A DNA stretch of 44,083 bases, taken from positions 1-44,083 of the forward strand of contig JBNJGP010000010.1 of assembly GCA_051747805.1 (NCBI GenBank), in the 5' to 3' direction. Both the position numbers and the translations under genes were made by a program. The DNA is from Candidatus Muiribacteriota bacterium. Lineage in GTDB: Bacteria; Muiribacteriota; Muiribacteriia; Muiribacteriales; Muiribacteriaceae. The notes beneath the pieces were generated by a model. That model searched no databases. It had not been told where the DNA came from and saw only the letters and a list, made by a program, of their open reading frames with translations. Positions within the stretch are counted from its first letter, which is position 1, and each line of letters starts with the position of its first letter. Positions 27,952 through 35,925 of the stretch are shown piece by piece.

Positions 27952-28692
27952 ATGAAAAAATTAGAAAACAAAGTTGCAATTATAACTGGTGGAGCTCGTG
28001 GTATTGGTAAAATAACTGCCGAAATTTTTTTAAAGCATAATGCTAAAGTGGCTATTTTTGACCTTGATGAAAAACAGCTTGCTGAAACTGAAGAAAAATT
28101 ATCTGAGTTCGGGGATATAAAAGCCCTTAAAGTTAATGTAAGCTCTATGGATGAAGTGAAACAGGGTGTAGATAAAGTGGTTAAAAAATATGGTAAAATT
28201 GATATTATGATTGCAAATGCTGGTATAACAAGGGATTCAATGTTTCACAAAATGACAGAATATAAATTTGATTCTGTTGTAGATGTTAATTTAAAAGGAG
28301 CTTTTAACTCTGCCTCGGCAGTTGTTCCTTTTATGAGAGAGCAGAAAAAAGGGAAAATTATATTCACTTCGTCAGTTGTGGGGGAATATGGTAATATTGG
28401 TCAGACCAACTATGCAGCTACAAAGGCGGGAGTTATTGGAATGGCAAAAAGTATGGCTAAAGAGCTTGGAAGAAAAAATGTACAGGTAAATGTTGTGGCT
28501 CCTGGTTATACAAATACTGAAATGATGCAGACAGTACCGGATAAAATACTTGATACTATAAAAGCAAATACTCCTATGCAGAGACTGGCAGAACCCGAAG
28601 AAATTGGAAACGCTTTTTTATATCTTTCCTCAGAAGATGCCGATTTTATTACTGGTCATGTGCTATCTGTGAATGGTGGATTAACACTTTAG
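27952..28692 (+). CDS. phaB: Acetoacetyl-CoA reductase (FabG-family SDR)
   Basis: TGGARGIG, NAGITRD and GQTNYAATK motifs; the phaB call rests on its position in the PHA cluster. Confidence 0.8.
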   Translation: MKKLENKVAIITGGARGIGKITAEIFLKHNAKVAIFDLDEKQLAETEEKLSEFGDIKALKVNVSSMDEVKQGVDKVVKKYGKIDIMIANAGITRDSMFHKMTEYKFDSVVDVNLKGAFNSASAVVPFMREQKKGKIIFTSSVVGEYGNIGQTNYAATKAGVIGMAKSMAKELGRKNVQVNVVAPGYTNTEMMQTVPDKILDTIKANTPMQRLAEPEEIGNAFLYLSSEDADFITGHVLSVNGGLTL

Positions 28693-28717
28693 ATAAAATT
28701 ATGTTAAAATATATTTT

Positions 28718-29836
28718 ATGTTGATTGAAAATAAAATATATGATTCAGATAATTTGTTAATGCTTCAGAATGGAGAATTTTTAAAAAATTTAAAAATTTC
28801 CTATCAAACTTATGGAAAATTAAATAAAAGGAAAGATAATGCTATCCTTGTATGTCATTATTTTTCTGGTGATAAACATATTGCGGGAAAATATTCCTTA
28901 AAAGATGAACAGCCGGGATGGTGGGATGATATTGTGGGACCGGCTAAACCACTTGATACAGATAAATTTTTTATAATTTCAAGTGACAGTTTAAGCTGTG
29001 TGGTTAACCTGCCTAGAGTAAAAACAACTTCACCCCGGTCTATAAACCCTGATACTGGGAGTCCTTATGGAATGAATTTTCCCGTAATTACTATTCAGGA
29101 TATGGTAAATGCTCAGAAAAAATTAATTGATTTCCTGGGAGTAAAAAAACTTCATGCTGTTACCGGACCTTCTATGGGCGGATTGCAGGCTTTATCATGG
29201 AGTGTTTTATATCCTGAAATGGTTAAAAAATGTATTCCCATAGCGTGTGCCCCTGAAGTTGATTGTTTTTCTAGTTTTTTTCCGCTTAGAATGGGAATTG
29301 AGGCAATAAAAAATGACCCTTATTTTAATTTTGGGAATTATTATGATAAACCTGAAAATAAAAAACCTTTTCAAGGCTTAAAAAATGCTATAAATGGACT
29401 GGCCCTTATTGCCAGGGGAAGAAACTGGGGAGAAAATATTCTTGGCGGAAAAAATTTTGAAAAATCCTGTTCTCCATTTGAAAAAATTGATAATTTATTT
29501 GACTTTGAAAAAAATATAATAGATGGAGTTTCCTCACGTGCCTCTATTTATGACCCAAACAGCTATATATATATTTCAAAGGCCAATATCATCTACTCTA
29601 TGGGGCATAAAACAGGTACATTAAAGAAGGCTATTGGTAGAATAAAATCAGAAATTCTTCTGATTGGTGAAAAAAACGATGTTTTTATACCAGTTGAAAA
29701 AGTTCGTCTTTTTTATAAAAATTTAGTGAAGGAAGGAAAGAAAGTATATTATTTTGAGTTTTCTTCACCAGTTGGACATCTTGGCTCTGTAAGTCATTCA
29801 AAGTTGTTTTCTGAACAAATAAAAGATTTTTTGTAA
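28718..29836 (+). CDS. Homoserine O-acetyltransferase-like alpha/beta hydrolase (MetX-like esterase subgroup)
   Basis: YQTYGKLN, CHYFSG, GPSMGG and GHL motifs. Confidence 0.8.
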   Translation: MLIENKIYDSDNLLMLQNGEFLKNLKISYQTYGKLNKRKDNAILVCHYFSGDKHIAGKYSLKDEQPGWWDDIVGPAKPLDTDKFFIISSDSLSCVVNLPRVKTTSPRSINPDTGSPYGMNFPVITIQDMVNAQKKLIDFLGVKKLHAVTGPSMGGLQALSWSVLYPEMVKKCIPIACAPEVDCFSSFFPLRMGIEAIKNDPYFNFGNYYDKPENKKPFQGLKNAINGLALIARGRNWGENILGGKNFEKSCSPFEKIDNLFDFEKNIIDGVSSRASIYDPNSYIYISKANIIYSMGHKTGTLKKAIGRIKSEILLIGEKNDVFIPVEKVRLFYKNLVKEGKKVYYFEFSSPVGHLGSVSHSKLFSEQIKDFL

Positions 29837-29846
29837 GGAGAGTTTT

Positions 29847-30155
29847 ATGTGGAATGTTAATATGATGGATGAAATGTCAAAACAATGGGAAAAAATGCTT
29901 AAACAATGGTTTGATGAGCTTATGCAGAACCCGGAATTTCTACAGAATATGGGGAAATCAATGGAAACCGCCTTTACATCAAAGATAATTGGCGATGAAA
30001 TAAAAAATAAAATGGCAGATTCTTTTTCGCTACCAACAAGAGAAATGGTTGCAAAGCTGGGAAGGCAGCTGATACGACAGGAGGCAAAAATCAATCAGCT
30101 TGAGGATTTAATTTTAGAGTTAAAAGATGATTTAAAAAAACTAAATAAAAAATAA
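29847..30155 (+). CDS. Small PHA synthase partner subunit, copy 2
   Basis: AGGAG RBS; W...W.ELMQNPEF and SLPTREMV...EAKINQLED parallel copy 1; upstream of the second phaC. Confidence 0.7.
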   Translation: MWNVNMMDEMSKQWEKMLKQWFDELMQNPEFLQNMGKSMETAFTSKIIGDEIKNKMADSFSLPTREMVAKLGRQLIRQEAKINQLEDLILELKDDLKKLNKK

Positions 30156-30187
30156 CCAAAATTCCTCTGGTTAAAGGAGAATGTATT

Positions 30188-31297
30188 ATGACAAATAATA
30201 AATCTTTTGAATTTGATATAAAAGAACTTGAAGAGTTGAAAAAAAAATCTGAAAAATTCTGGGAAGTAATAAATAAATGTCAGTTAACTACCCTTGATGA
30301 GAAACAGAATGCCTATGAAAGTATTGGAATAGAACCTGTTAAAAAGGCAACAATATTCAGGGAAGGGTCTGTTGAATTAAAAGTTTGTATTTCAGAAAAA
30401 AAAGAAAATAAAAAAATTCCTCCGCTTCTCATAGTTCCGTCCCTTATTAATAAATATTTTATACTTGACCTTCTGTCTTATTTCAGTCTTATTGAGTTTC
30501 TGGTAAACTCGGGAGTGCGGGTTTATATAATAGACTGGGGAATTGCAGGTTTTGAGCACGGGGATTTAACAATTGATGATTATATAACAGGATATATAAG
30601 GCGCTGTGTAAGGAGAATGCAGAAACATTCTGGTCAAAAAAAATATAATATGCTGGGACAATGCATAGGCGGAATACTTTCAACAGTTTATGCCGCTTTT
30701 TATTCAAAAGATAAAAATTTAAAAAAACATGTATCTTTAACCGCACCGGTTGATTTTGAAAATGGTGGTAAACTTCGGGAATGGACTGACCCAAAAACTT
30801 TTAATTTAAATAAAATAGTCAACTCATTCCGTGAGGAAGGGGCTGTTGCAGCGGAATTTTTACATGCAGGCTTTCAGTTTCTGGATTTAAACCTTACTTT
30901 CCAAAAATACAGAAATCTTTTTAATTTTTCTGATAATGATGGGTTTGTTAAGCTTTATCGTGCACTTGATTTCTGGGCAAATGATAATATACCTTTTCCG
31001 GTTATGGTATTTAAAAAATTTATTCATGATTTTTATCAGAAAAACAAACTTATTAAGAATGAACTTATAATAGAAGATAGAATTATAAAACTTTCTGATA
31101 TAAAAATTCCTTTTTTAAATATTTTAGCCTCCAATGATCATGTTTTTCCTAAAGAAGCGGGGGCAGGATGGAAAAAAAGATTATCTCCTCATAAAAAGGA
31201 TATTGAAAAAATATATGAGGGAGGACATGTTTCTATTGTTGCGGCCCTCCCTGTAAGACTTGAGCTGTATCAGGATGTTTTAGATTTTATAAAATGA
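30188..31297 (+). CDS. phaC: PHA synthase catalytic subunit, class III/IV type, copy 2
   Basis: PSLINKYFILDL, GQCIG, NDHVFP and GGHVS motifs; 369 aa. Confidence 0.88.
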   Translation: MTNNKSFEFDIKELEELKKKSEKFWEVINKCQLTTLDEKQNAYESIGIEPVKKATIFREGSVELKVCISEKKENKKIPPLLIVPSLINKYFILDLLSYFSLIEFLVNSGVRVYIIDWGIAGFEHGDLTIDDYITGYIRRCVRRMQKHSGQKKYNMLGQCIGGILSTVYAAFYSKDKNLKKHVSLTAPVDFENGGKLREWTDPKTFNLNKIVNSFREEGAVAAEFLHAGFQFLDLNLTFQKYRNLFNFSDNDGFVKLYRALDFWANDNIPFPVMVFKKFIHDFYQKNKLIKNELIIEDRIIKLSDIKIPFLNILASNDHVFPKEAGAGWKKRLSPHKKDIEKIYEGGHVSIVAALPVRLELYQDVLDFIK

Positions 31298-32769
31298 TGT
31301 ATAAAAATTGCCAGCCAACCAGATATAATTGCACAGGTGGCAAGAAAGGCGGGGTTGTTTGCCATATAAGTAACTTTGAATCCGAAAAAACTTATATAAA
31401 CAACTATTGATATAATAATACCGGTAAATATTGTTGGAGTTTTCAGATTTTTAAAAAACATTCCTGCTGCGATTGGAAAGAAACTTGCGCTGAAAAGAAG
31501 ATATATTCCATACATTGCAAAAATAACCACCGACCCTCCAGCTGGATTTTTAACCTGAGCTGTTGAAAGAATAATAATTATTATTGCGGCAATTACTAAA
31601 GCTATTCTGCCAAGGGTTAGGGCTTTTCTGTTAATCTGGTTTTCATCCTTTTCTTTTTTTACATATTTAAGAAATGGCTTAAACATATCTATTGAAAAAA
31701 TGGCCGAAAGCGATAATAGAATTCCCTCAAGTGTAGAAAGTCCGGCACATACAATTCCCAGGGTAATAATTACCTGTAAAAAAGGTGAGAACGTTGCTCC
31801 AATATAGGTTGGGATAACCATATCACTTTGTGGAATTCCGGGAACAGTAACAATTGCATAAAAACCGGTTATCATTACAAGGGCAAAAACAAAACCTGCA
31901 ATAATAGCGGTAGAAAGATAGGATTTTATCTGTTTTTCATTTTTTAAATATAAAACTTTTCCAATAATGTGTGGTTGGCATACAATAGCAAGTCCAACTA
32001 TAAAGTTACATATAAAAACTTCGAAAAAATTACGGAAATAAAGCGAGGATGGATTAATTATACTGACAAGCGATGGATTTATTTCCCCAACTCTTGATAA
32101 AAGTCCTTTTTCGGCAAAAAATAGTGGAATTCCAGAACCAATAAGTAATAAAGCTACAAAAAACATTATAATTCCCTGAATTGAGTTGGTATAGGCGTGT
32201 GTGTTAACTCCGCCTATCATCATATAAAGAAAAACAAATATCACAAGTGCTACCACAACTTTTATAAAATCAGGATTATACTCACCGGCAGAGGTGTAGG
32301 CGGGTATATCGATAAGTTGTCCCAGAGACATGGAAACTGCAACAACAATTAAAACGGCAAATGCAATTAAAGTTAGAGAAATAAAGGCAAATAAAAGCTG
32401 CATTTTAATAGAATTATACCTTTTACCAATCCATTGAGGAATAGTAACGGCAGAGATTTTATTGCCCATGTTTAAAAATGGTTTTGAAAATAGGAATAGT
32501 CCGGTTGTTATTCCCAGCGCGGCAGCTATTCCAAAACCTGCAAGTGCTGATAAACCATAATCATATATTAAACCGGGATTTGTAACAAACGTGGCAACAC
32601 TTGTAAGTTGTGCTGAAAGTGATATTCCTACGAGAACAGGAGGAATGTCTTTGTTGCCAACAGCATAGCCCTTAAGTGATTTTGTTTTTAAATTACCTCT
32701 AATTGTTAAAATTACAGTAACCACAATGTACAAAATAATGGCAATCCAGGCCATATTTGCCGTAGACAT
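31270..32769 (-). CDS. Sodium:solute symporter (SSS, PanF/PutP family)
   Basis: About 13 TM segments; YAVGNK, TSVATF..PG, TIPQWIGKRY, QPH and AGLSTLEG motifs; GGGGG RBS. Confidence 0.9.
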   Translation of the reverse strand: MSTANMAWIAIILYIVVTVILTIRGNLKTKSLKGYAVGNKDIPPVLVGISLSAQLTSVATFVTNPGLIYDYGLSALAGFGIAAALGITTGLFLFSKPFLNMGNKISAVTIPQWIGKRYNSIKMQLLFAFISLTLIAFAVLIVVAVSMSLGQLIDIPAYTSAGEYNPDFIKVVVALVIFVFLYMMIGGVNTHAYTNSIQGIIMFFVALLLIGSGIPLFFAEKGLLSRVGEINPSLVSIINPSSLYFRNFFEVFICNFIVGLAIVCQPHIIGKVLYLKNEKQIKSYLSTAIIAGFVFALVMITGFYAIVTVPGIPQSDMVIPTYIGATFSPFLQVIITLGIVCAGLSTLEGILLSLSAIFSIDMFKPFLKYVKKEKDENQINRKALTLGRIALVIAAIIIIILSTAQVKNPAGGSVVIFAMYGIYLLFSASFFPIAAGMFFKNLKTPTIFTGIIISIVVYISFFGFKVTYMANNPAFLATCAIISGWLAIFIHHFIKSKTS

Positions 32770-32792
32770 AATGCCCCCTTTAATTTAATATT

Positions 32793-32863
32793 TGCAACGC
32801 AATATAAACATAATTTATAAAAGGCACTTTGTCAAGAAAAAAACAGGTTGTTGTTGCAATGCA
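32793..32863 (-). promoter_or_regulatory. Symporter promoter flanked by two TGC-N3-GCA boxes
   Basis: Minus-strand TTGACA (32835-32830)-N17-TATGTT; boxes at 32793-32801 and 32855-32863. Confidence 0.75.
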
Positions 32864-32930
32864 AAAAAGTAAAATGTGTAGGCCTTACAACTAAAGGATT
32901 TTCGGCTAAATTGAGAATTGGTGATTCAAA
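32860..32930 (+). repeat. Truncated copy 3 of the hairpin repeat plus an associated flanking segment
   Basis: 32860-32891 matches the 3' part of copy 1 at 27/32 nt; 32894-32930 matches 244-283 in two blocks (10/10 and 19/21). Confidence 0.7.
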
Positions 32931-32994
32931 CTTAATCGATTCTGGATTTTGTTTAAATTTATGTTATAATAAATAAAATCTAAAAATTTAGGGA

Positions 32995-35925
32995 GTGTAT
33001 TTAATGGAATTTGAAAGAGAAACTTTAACTCATGGTTTTAAACTGATTAAAAAAGAATATGTCAGTGAGCTTAAATCAGAAAGCCTTCTTTTTGAACATG
33101 AAAAAAGCGGAGCAAGATTGATTAAATTAAAAAATAAAGAAGATAACCGGGTTTTTTCAATTGCATTCAGAACACCACCATATGATAATACCGGGTTACC
33201 ACACGTGCTTGAACATTCTGTTTTATGCGGTTCAAGAAAGTTTAACACAAAAGAACCTTTTGTAGAGCTTATAAAAGGTTCGCTTAATACATTTTTAAAT
33301 GCTATGACATTTTCGGATAAAACAATGTATCCTGTAGCCAGCAAAAATGAAAAGGATTTTTTTAATCTTATGGATGTTTACCTTGATGCTGTGTTATATC
33401 CTAATATTCATGAAAATCCTATGATTTTGATGCAGGAAGGTTGGCATTATGAACTTGAAAATGAAAATGAGCCTCTAAAATATAAAGGCGTGGTTTATAA
33501 TGAAATGAAGGGGGCTTTTTCCTCTCCTGAGAGAACTATGTTCAGTAAAATTGAGCAGAGTCTTCTTCCTGATACCACCTACGGATATGAGTCCGGAGGA
33601 GATCCTGACTATATTCCTGAGCTTACCCAGGAAAAATTCAGAAATTTTCATAAAAAATATTATCATCCTTCTAATTCTTATATCTTTTTATATGGAAACG
33701 GTGATACAGAAAAAGAACTTAAATTTATTAATGAAAACTATCTGAAAGATTTTGACAGAATTAAAGTTGATTCAAATATTGAATATCAGAAATCTTTTGA
33801 TGAGGTTAAAAACAAAAAATTCTTTTATCCTGTTTCAGAAGGAACTCCTCTTAAAGATAAAACTTTTTTTGGTTATGCATTTTCTGCGGGAGAGGCTACA
33901 GACACTGAAACTTATCATGCACTTCAGATTATGAAATATATGCTTTTTGATAATCCTGCCTCACCATTAAAAAACAAACTCCTTGAAGTAGAGGCTGGTA
34001 AAGATGTTTTTGCTTTATCCTCAGAGGTTAAAAAACCATACATTTCTGTTATTGTAAAAAATTCGGATGAAGATAAAGCAGAACTTGTTAAAAACACTAT
34101 TCTAAATACTTTAAAAGAACTTTCAGAAAACGGAATTGACCGTGATTTAATCAAGGCTGCAATAAATAAACATGAATTTTCTATAAGAGAGGCAGAATTC
34201 GGATATCCAAAAGGATTAATTTATAATATGATTATTATGGATTCCTGGCTTTATGAAGGAGACCCTGTTTCGCATATAAAATTCAGTGCTACGTTAAATA
34301 ATATCAGAAAAAAAGTTGAAAATGGTTATTTTGAAGATTTAATAAAAAGCTTCTTTTTAAACAATAATCACAGTGTTTTTCTCACACTTTCTCCATCTAC
34401 CGATATGATGAGAGAAAGAGAAGAACAAATGTCAAAAAAACTGGAAAATATAAAAAATAATATGTCTGCCCGTGAAATCAAAGAAATTGTTCAGGAAACA
34501 AACAAGTTGAAACAGAGGCAGCAGACTCCCGACAGTGCTGAGGCTCTTTCTTCTATACCAATGTTAAAAACTGATGATATAAAAAAAGAAGCTCAGCCGT
34601 TACCTTTAAAACTTTATGAAGAAAAAGATATAGAACTTTATCATTCAGATTTATTTACAAATAAAATCAGTTATCTTAATTTATTGTTTGATTTGAGAGT
34701 GCTGAATTCAGAAGAACTTAAATATGCAGGCCTGCTTGCAGGAATACTTGGTAAGTTATCTACAGAAAACAACAATTACAGAGAACTGGCAAAAAAAGTA
34801 GATATTAATACTGGAGGAATAAACTTTTTAAATGAGGTTTATACGGATTCAGAGAATACTGATAAGTATAAACCGGTGCTAAGAGTTAAAGGCAAGTCGC
34901 TTGTTGAGAATACCCAGAAATTAACAGAGCTTATAGAAGAAATATTATCTTCAACCGATTTTAATTCTCTTGAAAGATTTATGGAAGTTATTGCAGAAAT
35001 TAAATCTAGAATTGAAATGTCCATGATGGGAAGAGCTGATATGTATGCAAGAAAAAGACTTTTTTCTTATTTCAGTCAGAGCGGAAAATGTGTTGAAATA
35101 GTTGACGGATTAACTAATTATATGTTTATTTCAGATATTGAAAAGCAGCTCCAGGAAAATTTTGGAAACATAAAAAGTAAACTGAAAGAAATTTCAAAAA
35201 AACTCTTTAATAGGAAAAATATGGTTTTTTCTTATACTGGTGAAAAAGAAGATTTCGAGAATTATAAAAAAAGTTTTTTAAATTTTTTAAATGATTCTGA
35301 AAACACTTCGCCTAAGCTTAATAAATGGCATTTTGATACTTCAGTTCAAAATGAGGGATTGCTTTCTCCTGCACAGGTTCAGTTTGTAGCAAAAGGCGGG
35401 AATATTAAAAAATATGGAGTTGAAGTAAACGGTAATATGGATGTTTTAAAAACTGCTGTTAGACTTGATTATCTCTGGAACAGGGTAAGAGTTCAGGGCG
35501 GAGCATATGGGGCATTTTTCACAGTTGAATCAAACGGAAATGTTTACAGTGGTTCATTTAGAGATCCTAATCTTGCCGAAACTTTAGAGGCGATTGACGG
35601 AATACCTGAATATGTGAAAAATTTCAGGGTCGATGATAGAGAGCTTACTAAATATATTATTGGTACAATAAGTGATCTTGATAGACATCATTCGCCTGGT
35701 GCAAAGGGATTTCTGGCCTTGAAAAACAAATTAACCGGTATAACTTTTAACAAAAGACAAAAAAGAAGAGAAGAAGTGCTTTCAACACAAGTTTCTTCTT
35801 TAAATAAACTGTCGGAAGGGTTTGAAAAAGTATTTTCTGAAAACATTTACACTGTTTTTGGTAATGAAAATAAAATTAAAAAAAATAAATCTCTTTTTAA
35901 AAAAATGTTAAAAATTTTTAATTAA
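32995..35925 (+). CDS. Insulinase-family M16C peptidase (presequence protease PreP-like)
   Basis: HVLEH inverted zinc motif; FLNAMTF, GVVYNEMKG and RVQGGAYG motifs. Confidence 0.93.
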   Translation: MYLMEFERETLTHGFKLIKKEYVSELKSESLLFEHEKSGARLIKLKNKEDNRVFSIAFRTPPYDNTGLPHVLEHSVLCGSRKFNTKEPFVELIKGSLNTFLNAMTFSDKTMYPVASKNEKDFFNLMDVYLDAVLYPNIHENPMILMQEGWHYELENENEPLKYKGVVYNEMKGAFSSPERTMFSKIEQSLLPDTTYGYESGGDPDYIPELTQEKFRNFHKKYYHPSNSYIFLYGNGDTEKELKFINENYLKDFDRIKVDSNIEYQKSFDEVKNKKFFYPVSEGTPLKDKTFFGYAFSAGEATDTETYHALQIMKYMLFDNPASPLKNKLLEVEAGKDVFALSSEVKKPYISVIVKNSDEDKAELVKNTILNTLKELSENGIDRDLIKAAINKHEFSIREAEFGYPKGLIYNMIIMDSWLYEGDPVSHIKFSATLNNIRKKVENGYFEDLIKSFFLNNNHSVFLTLSPSTDMMREREEQMSKKLENIKNNMSAREIKEIVQETNKLKQRQQTPDSAEALSSIPMLKTDDIKKEAQPLPLKLYEEKDIELYHSDLFTNKISYLNLLFDLRVLNSEELKYAGLLAGILGKLSTENNNYRELAKKVDINTGGINFLNEVYTDSENTDKYKPVLRVKGKSLVENTQKLTELIEEILSSTDFNSLERFMEVIAEIKSRIEMSMMGRADMYARKRLFSYFSQSGKCVEIVDGLTNYMFISDIEKQLQENFGNIKSKLKEISKKLFNRKNMVFSYTGEKEDFENYKKSFLNFLNDSENTSPKLNKWHFDTSVQNEGLLSPAQVQFVAKGGNIKKYGVEVNGNMDVLKTAVRLDYLWNRVRVQGGAYGAFFTVESNGNVYSGSFRDPNLAETLEAIDGIPEYVKNFRVDDRELTKYIIGTISDLDRHHSPGAKGFLALKNKLTGITFNKRQKRREEVLSTQVSSLNKLSEGFEKVFSENIYTVFGNENKIKKNKSLFKKMLKIFN

